Source: Chrysomallon squamiferum (taxonomy: Eukaryota; Animalia; Mollusca). Taken from it: a DNA stretch of 64,000 nt. A model generated the notes under the pieces. The model saw only the letters and a list, made by a program, of their open reading frames with translations. It was not told the origin of the DNA and did not search any database. The stretch covers positions 4,154,001 through 4,218,000 of the forward strand of contig CM022672.1 in NCBI GenBank assembly GCA_012295275.1, given 5' to 3'. The position numbers and the translations under genes are program-made. Shown piece after piece: positions 42,217-54,576 of the stretch (positions within the stretch are counted from its first letter, which is position 1; each line of letters begins with the position of its first letter).

Positions 42217-42689
42217 GTCTGTCTGTCTGTCTGTCTCTGATTATTCACATTATAAGTACTGGTGCATCAGCACACTTCAGATTCCACTCCATTCGCAGAT
42301 GTGTAAACAGTATATACCAAACTGATGTATTTATACTCAGCTCTGTTTAATTTGTTTTATACATCTTCTTTCAGAAGTTGAGTGTTTACAACATGCACTA
42401 CTGATAGACTTTCTGCTGTTAGACCTTCTAAACAAAACAGACTTGATTTTCTACTAGTTAAAAACTTGTCTGAGGAACAGTCAGTGGAATACACCTCCAC
42501 TATGTGCTAATTGGACAATTTCACATTCCAACCAGTACCCTTAGACAAAGTCCATGATAAGTGCTGTCCTGACTGTTACAAGCTGCTTATTGCTAGTCAA
42601 TAGGAAATGGGGACTGTGTGTTAGCAGGAAATTTAGTCTTTTACTTGTAATAATATTAATTAACACCTGTAAAATTATCAATTAATAAT

Positions 42690-42978
42690 TTATATCTCGT
42701 AAAAATAAAATCAAAAAATGATATCTCACAATATAAATACAAAAATCAATACATCACAGTATAAATTAAAAATTTGTATCTCACTGTATAAATACAAAAT
42801 CTATACATCTCAGTATAAATTAAAAATCTATATCTCACAGTATAAATACAAAATATATAATACATCTCACAGTATAAATGAAAAATCGGTATCTAACAGT
42901 ATAAATTTTAATCTGTATCTCGCAGTATAAATTAAAAATCTGTATCTCACAGTATAAATTAAAAACCTGTATCTCACA
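42690..42978. repeat. ~27-bp minisatellite, ~10 degenerate copies
   Basis: Unit tatctcacagtataaattaaaaatctg. Confidence 0.85.
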
Positions 42979-43750
42979 TGGCAGGTTATTGTTTTACATG
43001 TTTAGTTTCAGGAAGATACACCTGCTTACCGTTTACATTCTCATTTCTCATGTTTACATTTTTTTGAAATACAGATAAACAAAACTTTACATGCATACTG
43101 TGAGAAAACAATACCTCTTTGAGAACTCAGCTCAGCTGTAGCACATGTGACTTACCAGAAATAATTACATATGCAGACATTTTCAGACATTTATGTTTAA
43201 TTTTTTTTTTTTTTATTCTTTATTTATTGTTCCACTTCTGCTAAATCCATTCTGTTTCAAGTCAAAAAAATTAGGACACATTTTTTACATAATAAATAAG
43301 AATCTGGGTCTGATTGCATGTCTGCTGTAAGAAAGTGCAAGGTGAAGGTCGTTTGAAAATGAAGGTTGGTTGTAAAGATACAGAAATAGTTGAAATAAAG
43401 ATGTTTATTGTCACGGGAAAAAAAAAAAAAAAAAAAAAAATTGTAGATATCTGATGATTAAAATGTATTTTTATTTTATTTTGTGTTCTGAAAAGAGAAG
43501 TGTAATGACTGATAAATTGTAATTAATAATATAAAGATTAATTTAAAAAACTGATGTAATAATTCAGATGAAAGAAGAACAGTTTACAATGTAAGATGTT
43601 TATTTAGTTCACTCAAAATTAATTACACTGACACTGACAATAAATGTAACAAATCAGTTAGCAAATCTTACAAGTGGTGCAGATGAAAAAGAAATTATAA
43701 ACAAAAAATAAAATAAAATATAAAAGATAAATAAATAAATAATAAAATAA

Positions 43751-43786
<36 letters not shown>

Positions 43787-45265
43787 TATAATAATAATAA
43801 TAATAATAATAAAAATATATATATAAATAAATAATATTCATAAAAAAAACCCAATAAAAAAAAAATAAATTAAAAAAAAAATAAGAAAAAAGACCCCACA
43901 AGCACAAAAAACAAATGAATAATAATAAAAAAAAAATTAAAATTGTGGAACATAATCTGAATACAAAAATGTATTTAGCTCTCTGTTTAACAAGAAATAA
44001 ATATAACAGTCAGCTGGAATTTACACAAAATGTTCACACAGACACACTTAATAAACCTGCATACCTGCCAGTGAAAAAAACAACAACACATTACTTAAAA
44101 CTGAAATTAATCTTTGCTAAAAATACCTAGACACACAAAATATTCTCTTTTTTCTCCTGCTGCCAATTAAACCAACTATTTTGTGAATACATTAATGTCT
44201 TCAGTCTAATTTATGTATTATCAAATTACATTAGTTTCACTGCTACAATCAGAAACAAAACAAACAAGCATGTTAATATATAGATCTCATTAAAAGAAAT
44301 AATTTTACAAAGTCCTTCAATTTGCTTCTGTCTAATGACGCATTCATTTACTGCAGTGGTTGAGGTAGTGATAGGAGTAATTGTTATTTGTGGGTCTAGT
44401 AACTGTTTGTTAGTTGTAGCAGTAGTAGCAGTAGTAGCAGTGATAATAGTGGATTTAGTCAACTGTAGTAGTGTAACAACAGTGGTAAAGTAGTAGTAGT
44501 AGTAGTAGTAGTAGTCATAATGGTAGCAGTAATAGTAACAGTAGCAGAAGTAATTTTTGCAGTAGTTGTGGTAGTAGTAGTGGTAGCAACAGAAATAATG
44601 AAAGTAGTAGAAGTAGCTATAATGTTGGCAGTAGAAATGATGATAGTATTTGTAGCAGCAGTAGTAGAAGTAGTATTTGAGATGATGTAGGAAGTAGTAG
44701 TAGTATTGGTAGTAGAACTAACAACAATAGTATAATATGAAAAATAACAGAATTGAAAATATTAGTATTTATATCATATAATATTAGCTTTTATTTATTT
44801 ATTTATTTATTTATCATTTTTTGTGATAAAATTTTAATTATATTTCATTAACTTTATAAAATAAAAATGGCTGACAACTCTCTCTCTCTCTGGTTACCAG
44901 TCTAAGCCAGACCAGTTCGTGTCAGTGACGAAGAACCAGTCTATGGCATTAAAACAGAAAGCGGCTGTAAAAATAACCTTGAAAAATTTGGTTTTAATTA
45001 GCTAGCTGCTGACATGGTTCCTGAATGTAAAAAAGACAATTAAATTTATTTTATTAGTCAGTGAATGTCACATTAGCATCTGCCAGGCTCCTCTACCTCA
45101 AACACCTGTCTGTCATAGAGGGTATGAAAACTTTTTGGTTTATAATAGTAGTAAAAGTAATTAGTTTTAATATAAAACCATAGTAATAGAAGTAATAGTA
45201 AATAATTATATTTGAAGTATTCCTTAGCAGTAACAGTGATAGTAATGATAATTATAATGTACCCA

Positions 45266-45300
<35 letters not shown>

Positions 45301-47123
45301 TTTGTAGTATCCTTAGCAGTAATGATAGTAATGATAATTATAATATATCAACAGTAGTGGTAGTAATAGTACTAGTATTTAAATATCCAGTGCCATTAGT
45401 AGCAAAGGTAGAAGTAATAATAATTAATTGTAACAATGTATCCAGTGAAACTAATTAGTAATAGTAAAATTAACAATAACAATAGTAGCAGCAGTAGTAA
45501 TAATTAATTATAATACAAGCACCCCTAAAATCACAGTTGTGGTAGCTGTAACTAATTTTAATATAAGTATGCTTAGCAATAATGATAGTAAAATTAACAG
45601 TAACAGTTGTATAGTTGTTTAGTGACAACAGTAGAGTGAGTGGTACTAGTATAAATAGTAGTATAAGTGGGTGTAATAGTAATTGTTGTTGTTGTTGTTG
45701 TTGTTGTTGTAGCAGTGGTATGAGTAACAGTGTATGAACACTATCAGTAAAAATATAAATAAATAAATTTAGAAATATATAAATGTTAAAAGCAAAATCA
45801 TAAATTTATTAATTTTATATATGATTTTAATAAAATTAAAATAATAATAATCATCATTTTCATTATCATTATCATCATGCATTTATAGACAAAATTACCC
45901 AGTTTGTTCTTAAAAATTAAGAATTTATATTTTTTTACTTTCATGAGTATTTCTGTACTTAATAAGCGGAAATCTTTTTTTTTTTTTTTTTTTTTTTTTT
46001 TCAAATGATTTACTGATTTAAAAAAAGAAACACTTATTTTATTTCCAATTTTAAAAAAGAGGGTTTAAAATTGTCTTCATATATTTGTCAACCATCTTTA
46101 TACAAAAAGTAAACATCAGGCAAAAAATAAATTTAATTACTGTAAATTACAAATGTGCAAAAAAGTGTTCAGACAGACACACACACACATACACACAGAC
46201 ACATTTGATTTTTGTATGATCAACCATGCATTTATATGTTGTTATTTTTCTCTCTATTTTGTTAGTGTTTTTCACAAAATTATTTTGTTACTGTTTCAAC
46301 AATTACTATTACTGTTATTATTGTTACTTCATTTTTGTTATTATTGTTGTGTTTGACATTGTTTTTTATTTTTATTATAGTTTGTCTTTTAATAATAAGA
46401 AAAAAATATCATTTTGCAAAACAAGTTATTTTCTATTATACCTTTTTTATTCCACTTATCTAATTTAATCTTACTGTTACTTTCTTGTTATTGTTATTGG
46501 TGTTTTTATTACAGATATATTACCCATCATATTTTTGTTTCTTTCTTTGACATCTTTTATTCAAGTCTGTATGACTTTACTGAACTACAATGTCCTAAAT
46601 CTGAGCAAACATCTAATGCACATATGGCTTATAGAAGTTAAAAAAGAAAGTAAAAATATACAAATGAAGAGAGACTGTTATCAACATGTGCATTGCTTTG
46701 GCTTATCATATTTAAGGCATCAGTTCTCTAGTCTTTGCCATCTGGTGCCTCCAAACACAAACGGAGGAACTACCATAACAAAGAAACCTTACTTCCTGTC
46801 CAAATGATCTCATTACAGATTTGATGATTTCCTATTTGGAAAATATGTCAACTTCTGCTTTCAACATCTGTGTGCATAAATATTGTTAAAATGTGAATGG
46901 ATAACATCTTTTTTTTTTGCTCCTTTGTTTTCTTTCTCCATGTGTTTGCATGTGTGTCTGCAGTGGGAACAAAATTTAATGAGCTGGTCAAAACCAATAA
47001 AATCTATTTTAATATATTGGGGTTTGGTTTTCTTCTTTTTCTCAACATTTTTTTGTTCTCTTTTTTTTTTCTTTATTATTATTATTACTATTACTACTAT
47101 TATTATTATTATTATTATTATTA

Positions 47124-47154
<31 letters not shown>

Positions 47155-49268
47155 GTTATTATTATATATAATAAAAATATTAATAATGTATGTGTGTGTG
47201 TGTGTGTTTGGTGTCCCACAGGCCATACATTTTAATATATATATTTTAATATATAAATTTTAATATATGGAAATAAAATTCAAATAAAGAATGAGAAAAT
47301 TAAAGGTCTTGGGGTTTTTCTTGGGAGGAAACGAAGATGAACTGATGAAAAGGACAAAACTGGTGTTACACTAATGTCTTAAACTCTCAAATGTTTGTCT
47401 ACTGCTGTACCCATGATTAAACTTCTACTTGTTAATTTCAGTGACTGGAATATTCTAAGCAGTCTTATCTGTTTATTGAGGGAAACATTTGAAATCCATA
47501 TTTGAAAAGCAGATTTATTTAATTCTGACACCACAATATATAAGGAAAACAAATCCTCAGTACCAATCAAAATGATCAATGTGACTAATTTTGATAGGTA
47601 GGGTCACAAGTATTTCTTAACAGTAAACAAAATAACATGCAAAATGCACATATCTATCAACAACCATAAAATAAAATATAGAAGTGTTTACACAGCGTAT
47701 ATGACGATTGTAAAAACGGTCTATTTGAAACAGACAACATTAGTCAAAGATGAGTGACTGGGTTCTACATAATGGAACTCTCTATTGATAAAGTTAATTT
47801 AGTGCCAGCGCTGTTTATTACTACGACTACAGGACAGTTGGTCTCCTGTTTACGTTTTATTACCCAAACTGGACAGTAACCTTTGACCCATGAACTCGAA
47901 CATGAAAGGGTTGGTAGTCTTCAACATAAACTTATAAAATATTTATAGCTTTCTGTTATAGATCTAAGATTGATGGCATTAGTCTGATATACATACACAC
48001 ACACATACACACACACATATATATAAACATACATAAAGACACATACACACTGTTTTAAATCCTATAACTTCCAACCTTAACTTTTAAACAAGATATTTTC
48101 TATAACATATTATAATCACATTTTATTTTCTATTTCAGGAACAACTGCTGCTTTAACACAATATTTCAAAAATGGGATCACTGTAAAGTTGAAGACTTTC
48201 ATCGTGACAAAGACATATTTCTGTTAAAATATTTTACTCACATCACTTAAAGAAACAGAAAATTCCAATTCTGATAAGCCTGTGATCTATGAAGTGATGT
48301 CATAATATTTTTTTAATGTCTGAACTGTTGTATTTGTAACAGAGCTTTTAATTTGTCATACTTTATTATTAACAATGCATTATCATAAATTCCTTAAAAT
48401 AAAATTTGTAAATTTATACCGTTTTGTTTGAACCACCAAAAGGACACTTCAGTGCTTATAATTTCAAAATTTTAGAAATTTCACTATAAAAATAAAGAAG
48501 AAAAGGTCATCAACAAATTATAATTTTGTTTTTACATCATGCATAACTCAACTGCAACAATCCAAACTTAATACATTTATATACTCGCATTCGTTGTAAG
48601 TGTTTCGAAGTGCATTTCACAACCATATTTACCTGTCTGCTTTAAACAATAAAAGTTTCAACAAAGTTTACTAAACAAACAGAATGTGCCTGCACTGAAA
48701 TATAATAAATTTAATTTCCTAATGTTATAACAAGTCAACAGTGTGTGAGTGAGTTGAGTTTTTGCCAACACACACACTTTTCTCAAACTCTCTTTACGTT
48801 CAAGTGTTCAGTCTCAGTGCAACCACATGTGTTCATATTCTGTTTCATAATCTCCTAGTGATGTAAAACATTTAAACCATATTGTGCAGAAAGCAAAAAA
48901 TCTATCAAGCCATTTCCATCATCTCCATTCGGTATTTTGTTACGTATTAGTTCGAGGTTTATTTTTAATAAAAAAATAAACGATGAGAAAAAATTAGGAA
49001 AAAATGTGTGAAAGAGAGATGGAGAGAGAATGAGAAACACACAGAAAGTGATAATTCTCAGTATATTTATCTACATATTAAAAAGAGAGATGGAAGGATA
49101 CAGAGAGGAACAGATAGAAAGATATCCAAAAATAGTCAGACATTATAAACATTTTAATGAGAAACAGAAAGAAAGAGAGAAACAAGAAGAAGAGGGGATG
49201 AAAATGACAACATTTTCCACAGGGAAAGAAAGACATTGGAAATGACAAAAACAAAGTACACAGAAACT

Positions 49269-49462
<194 letters not shown>

Positions 49463-49898
49463 AACGTAATGAGGAAAAATATGTATACATAATAAAACAG
49501 AAGAGAGTAGAGAAAATTAAGATGGAGAGAAAGACTTGAATCAGGCCAGATGCCCTGAAGTCTATAACTCCAGCCTGACCACACCCTGTGAAAGCTGATC
49601 TGCTTGAAGTCTGTGTGTTGTATGATCTGTGTGTGGTAGTTTTATGATTTGTGTTTGATATCACACTTAATGCTGAAACTGTGGTAAGTTTTCACAATGT
49701 GGAGCATTTTACACCTAACTGTCTCATTCACTGCAGACACTTTGGAGCAGTATATCTCACTGACTGCTTTTTAGAATGTGAACATTTAACAAACATATTT
49801 TAAAAACATGACATCATCTGAAACCTGTCTATAAAATGGAAGTAAAGTGACTGATACATCTTCAGTAGGTCGTTCTAAAGTGTGTCCATGTGCACATG

Positions 49899-49932
<34 letters not shown>

Positions 49933-50715
49933 CATGGACATTCTGATATGAACTTACTAGTTCATGACAACATACACATAAACAGAACAATATTAAAAAG
50001 ATACACACACAAACACTGATGCAAACCACAAATCTAGTTTTGATTAAAACCTCCTTAAAATATATCATCAGACCAGAAAATGTCCCTGAGATGGTCAAAT
50101 CGGTCATTCCACCTGCAATTATCTATCAAGTTTACCTGCATTATCACTTACCCCACCTGTATTAAAGGTAGATTAGATCATCATCTATCGCCTTGAAGTG
50201 ATTAATCCACTTGAATCTGTGGAGGCTTTAACCAGTTAATCTAATCACAGGATAAACTTCCGCTTCACGAAGATTAAGTGTTGTGTTAATCTGTGATGAT
50301 ATTGTTGAGATTAAGTAATCAGATTATCTGTAGGTGTTAATAGGTTATCATACCACAGAACAGATTAAATAATAGCTGATGCTGGATTAGTGATGTTTTT
50401 AACATTCTTGTCACAGAGCTCTATTGTAGAGATTAAGTAATCAGATTATCTGTGATGTTAATAGTTCTATTTGCTGTAAAGCAAGTTTAACTTGAAATTT
50501 GTGAGTTTGGTTAACACCTTTGATGCTGAATGACGAGAGATCTCCACAATGCAGTACGTCTATTTTTAACAAGTTTCCATTTTCATGTTGAATGCAATAT
50601 TCCACACAGAAACATTTAAAAATACAACAACACCAAAATAAAAACCCAAAACATTATAAATAGTCAATTCTGTTACTGAAATATATTAATCTGCTGTTAT
50701 GATGATGATGATGAT

Positions 50716-50873
50716 TACTATTATTATTATTAATTGTTAATTTTATTATTATTAATAAGGGCACACATATTTTTTATAATTTCTGAAAAGATATTTAAAT
50801 TCTATTTTCATAATTTCTATTATTATTATTATTATTGCTGTTGTTTTTGTTGTTGTTGTGAACGACATAATAA
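50716..50873 (+). repeat. Left copy of direct duplication flanking the viral element
   Basis: cacacatattttttataatttctgaaaagatatttaaattctattttcataatttc(tat)n..gacataataa; matches 55063-55252. Confidence 0.9.
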
Positions 50874-51313
50874 ATATTGGTGTGACTAACTTCGAGCAAC
50901 ATTAACAGGGCCATAGGCCATGGCAGCTTCGTTAGCTCAGACACTCAGGCATTGCTCAAAGTTACTCAGGCTTAGACATTGCTTGAACTTACTTGCAAAG
51001 AGCCATTGCTACCCACCTGCCCACCCAGTTACTAGTTCTACTCCTGGAATTATTATAATAATGAGAGGTTTATTTTGGGGGCTCACCAAAGTCCCCTTTT
51101 GGGGGATTTTGAGATAACTTATCTATTTTAGTGACATACAAACAGGTAAAGCAAAGATAACATGACGAGTGTAAACATTTCAACTTTTTATTCAAGGAAG
51201 CACTTAAAATAGCATCTGGTTAACATGACATAATAGCAAACGAAATAAAAAATAATGAATGTTCACAGTTCTGTAGTAATGACAGAGATTTGGTACAATA
51301 GTTTTTTCATGCA

Positions 51314-51319
51314 TTTATT
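51314..51319 (-). terminator. Polyadenylation signal of the viral transcription unit
   Basis: AATAAA overlapping the TAA stop of the last viral frame; further AATAAA at 51192-51187. Confidence 0.45.
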
Positions 51320-51866
51320 GGTCCAGGATAACAGTCTTTTGGCTGTCTTCTCTGTCTTCATCAGCAGCATCATCCAAGTTGCAACAGCCATCATCTGAGA
51401 AAAAAGCTTGACTTTCTGCAGGCTTCTGTGTGCTTCATTTTTTTAGCTTCCCCATTTTCATCAGAGTCAAAGTGCAGTTTCTTTTTAGGTAAAGGCTGTC
51501 CCTTAGGCTTTTGTAGGCAAAGTGATCTCGGCCTTTTAGATGCTTTTGCTTGTTTAGTTGTCGTTTCTTCATCTTTGTCTTGGCGAAAGAAAGGTTTGCC
51601 TCTAGGACAGGCTGGTTGTCTCTGGTATTTCTAATTCTGACTGCATCTGGTGTCATCCATTGGTCTATGGTCTCTTCGAGCAGTTGGTCTCCTTTTTGAA
51701 TTTGAATTTAGGATCATAGATGTAGTTGCCACCTTCATTGGTGGTGAACCTCCTTAGCTGTAAGTATTGTGGATGGAAGAGGGTGTACCCTGGAATTGCT
51801 GATGAGGAGAGAGTAGTGTTTCTTTCTGAAGGAGTTAGCTTCGTTGAGCAGCATTTGGTGAGTCAT
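51315..51866 (-). pseudogene. Decayed small viral gene downstream of capsid
   Basis: accATG at 51866 after a TATA box. Frame-broken segments MTHQMLLNEANSF.., ..IPGYTLFHPQYLQLRRFTTNEGGNYIYDPKF.., ..KASKRPRSLCLQKPKGQPLPKKKLHFDSDENG.., ..LDDAADEDREDSQKTVILDQ*; the stop lies inside AATAAA at 51319-51314. Confidence 0.55.
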
Positions 51867-51879
51867 GGTAAATTCAAAT

Positions 51880-51931
51880 GAATACTGGGTTAGCATGCAA
51901 GCGGGTTATATATAGCGAGATAAGCTTATCA
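51880..51931 (-). promoter_or_regulatory. Viral internal Pol II promoter: GATA palindrome, TATA box, Inr-like
   Basis: On -: GATAAGCTTATC (51930-51919), CTATATATAA (51915-51906), CCAGT/TCATT ~25-30 nt downstream, then accATG. Confidence 0.6.
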
Positions 51932-51937
51932 GTTTCT

Positions 51938-53725
51938 TCAGATATTGTGCTGGATGACGCGTTGATCCTTGTTTTTCATGTCAAATCTGTTTGAGATGTT
52001 GTTGTCCCAGCAAGCTGTTGTCTTCCTCAGGGCACGTTGTCTGTATGTTCGTGCTGAATATTGTCTCCATATCAGGTTTCTGTTTGTGTGACCCCTGTCT
52101 CTTTGTATACGGTTGTTCCACTCTTGTTTGCTTTTTCCTTTTCTTTGTTTATGCCAGGTAAGTGTTTCCTGTCTTTCTACTAGGCCTGTCATGCCGTAGT
52201 AAAAGCCTCTTGGATGACTGGTGTAGACTCCTCCTATTCCTACTGGAATGTAGTTGGGTACATAATGGCTTCTGTAGAAGAATTCTATTTTGGAGAAGTA
52301 AGTGATCTGCATGTTGGCGTGGTAGTTGTAGAATTTCTGACTGGCATCGTTTATGGGTTCAACATCAGGATAGCATCCTATTAGGTAGAGAGGAGGTCTT
52401 TTAGTCGATGGTTGCAGGAGTTTACCATGTTTGCCTCGTCTTGTCTTTTCTTCGTTTGGTGCTATGCTGACAAAGTCTAGGTACTGTTGGCCTTGTATGT
52501 GAGCTCCAACTGGAATGACTCCTTTGCGTCCTCTTACTTTCATATTTTCTGTGACATGGTTTTCGTCATCTCTGAGCGTGCGTCCTTCGTTTCTTCTAAC
52601 TTCACTTGAGAGGTATTGGTAGCGTATTAAGTCTTGAGGAGCGCTGTATTCAGAGCCTTGGTTTTGTGATAGCTGTTCCCGTGTGAGCCAGGGTGTGAGA
52701 GGTCCTTTTTGCACTTGTGGATTTGTTTCTGTGTACTGGTTTTTGCTGTCTGCTCCAGTGATGTGCGTGAAGTCAATGTCATGGCTGGATGCTCCAGGAA
52801 ACAGTATCAGAGGCTTGATGCCTATTTCAAATTCGCAAGACATGCCTCCTTCGCTGGCTGTGAATTCTCTGTAGGCTGGATGTTTTTTCATTTGGTAGAT
52901 GTGGTCCGGATTCGAAGAAGAGAATTTAGGAGGATCATCGCTTTGTTTTTCCCAGGCACTGTGTAACAGCATCATGGCTTCGTCTGATGGTAGTAGTATA
53001 TGTCTGTCAGGTAAGTCTTTTAGTTGTCTATCGGTTGCATCATCCAAGCATTCTTCGTCTTGGAAGTTTCTGTTGTGACTCAAGTCGGTGCAAGTCATGT
53101 CTGGCAAACAGTAGTCTCTGTTGACATCTATGAAGGACCAGAGTCTTGCATTTGGTGGAGGCAGTGCTGGAACGTTGTTCGGATCATTTTTCTTGTTATT
53201 TAGTATGTGCATCGTCATATTCGGAATATGGAATCCAAATGAATGTACTTTGTAGCCTATGCATTCATCGGGTAAGTTCCAGTCGGATGGAATGGTGCTG
53301 GCTTCTTTGAAGAAGTATGGTATTATTTTTCCTCCATGGTTGAAGGTGAGAATGGCTTTGTCTTGGTCTGTGAGTGTGTAAGTGGAGTCGTCTGGGTAGT
53401 CTTGGAATAGTATTTCTGCTTTTCTTGTTTTGGAGAATGTCATGAAGGAAGCGAATGTTCGTTTGAATGTCTTTTTCACGCTTACAAAGCGTGTGTCTGC
53501 TGTTTTTGTTATTCCTCCGAAGCTGGAGAATAGGACGTCATTTTGTTTGGCATCTGCTGCTGCATTCTCAGCTATGATGTCTAGGTTTTGATTTGGAATG
53601 TCGGTTTGAGTTCCTATTCCTAGGTCTTGATGTGGATTTTGTTGGCTTTGGGAGAGTTCCTCTTCATAAGACTCTTCATAGTTCATGTCTCCTGTTAGGT
53701 GTGTTTGGCTTCGTGTTCCATACAT
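51938..53725 (-). CDS. Parvovirus-like single jelly-roll capsid protein (VP), uninterrupted ORF
   Basis: First ATG at 53725 (track starts at GTG 53734; frame open to 53878). Motifs in the order seen in parvoviral VP: KTFKRTF; IIPYFF..STIPSDWNL (cf. AAV TPWGYFD..FSPRDWQRL); YKVHSFGFHIPNM (cf. FRPKRLNFKLFNI); LWSFIDVNRDYCLP (cf. VQVFTDSEYQLP); PPLYLIG..NYHANMQITYFSKIEF (cf. PPPQILIK..QYSTGQVSVEIEW). Recognised by eye, not by search. Confidence 0.8.
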   Translation of the reverse strand: MYGTRSQTHLTGDMNYEESYEEELSQSQQNPHQDLGIGTQTDIPNQNLDIIAENAAADAKQNDVLFSSFGGITKTADTRFVSVKKTFKRTFASFMTFSKTRKAEILFQDYPDDSTYTLTDQDKAILTFNHGGKIIPYFFKEASTIPSDWNLPDECIGYKVHSFGFHIPNMTMHILNNKKNDPNNVPALPPPNARLWSFIDVNRDYCLPDMTCTDLSHNRNFQDEECLDDATDRQLKDLPDRHILLPSDEAMMLLHSAWEKQSDDPPKFSSSNPDHIYQMKKHPAYREFTASEGGMSCEFEIGIKPLILFPGASSHDIDFTHITGADSKNQYTETNPQVQKGPLTPWLTREQLSQNQGSEYSAPQDLIRYQYLSSEVRRNEGRTLRDDENHVTENMKVRGRKGVIPVGAHIQGQQYLDFVSIAPNEEKTRRGKHGKLLQPSTKRPPLYLIGCYPDVEPINDASQKFYNYHANMQITYFSKIEFFYRSHYVPNYIPVGIGGVYTSHPRGFYYGMTGLVERQETLTWHKQRKGKSKQEWNNRIQRDRGHTNRNLIWRQYSARTYRQRALRKTTACWDNNISNRFDMKNKDQRVIQHNI

Positions 53726-53739
53726 TTTTTTCACTGTTT

Positions 53740-54576
53740 TTTTCTGGTAAAGTTTCAGGTCAGTTTCGAAGAGTGTCTGCGTTTTGTAGTTGTTTGTATA
53801 CTTCTGGAGTTGGAAATTGTGTGTTGAATTGATTTCTGAAGTCTTGCCAGAAACTGTTTGCTTCGAGTGGTGAGTATCCTAGTATTTGTTGTGCTTTTAA
53901 GAAGTTTTGTTTTATGCTTTCCCAAAGAATATGTGCTTGTTGTGGTCTTTCTCTCTGTCTTTTTCTCAGTTTGTTGATGATATTCTCTCTGTAGACTGCT
54001 TGTTGTGTGTTGACTATTCTTCCTACTTGTGGTCCTAGTCTTTTGGCTTTAGTATCTAGCTTATAATTCCTATACCTGTTTAAATGTTGTACAAGAATGC
54101 TGATGTCAACTGTTTGTGTTCTTCCGTCTGTGTGTTCTATGGATGTATTTGACGCGTTTTGTATTATCCAGTTGTTGCTAGTTTTATATTTCCTATACTA
54201 TAAGTCATATACTCCACTGTGTAACCACTTCTTAGGATTATTGGTTCTGTATCCTTCTTTTATGTCACTCCAATACTGGTGTTGGTAGATATTTGTTCAT
54301 ACAGTGTTCAGTGCTTACTTGATTGAGTTTTCTTTTCCTGTGAAGTCTAATATTTGACCTGTGTTGTCTTTGTTTTTCCACACTAAGTCTTCTTCTTTGT
54401 CTACTGGATGTAGTTTTTGGTTCGTATTTGTCTATTCCCTCTGGGTTTTCGTAATCTTTTGTAGATGTTGGCCCAGTTATTGTGTCTGGCCTATTTCTTC
54501 CTTCTTCTTTTAATTTCTCTTCTTCGTCTAAATAATTATAGAGTTTTGAGGAGCGCTCTTGACGAAATGTGTCACC
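53740..54576 (-). pseudogene. Decayed viral ORF upstream of capsid (possible VP1-unique extension or separate gene)
   Basis: One frame ~54420-53740 reads KLHPVDKEEDLVWKNK...HQYWSDIKEGY...NNWIIQ...LRKRQRERPQQAHILWESIKQNF...FWQDFRNQF with in-frame stops at 54317, 54299, 54200 and 53762; a frameshift near 54420 links to an upstream segment (KLYNYLDEEEKLKEEG...). Confidence 0.6.

Noticed and set aside
52683-54288. + strand ORFs inside the viral element (possible ambisense NS genes)
   Set aside because: Short, hydrophobic antisense shadows of the A/C-rich coding strand; no helicase or HUH motifs.
54455-54480. GPTSTK as a Walker A motif in ORF-A
   Set aside because: Lacks GK[S/T], the preceding hydrophobic strand and any Walker B.
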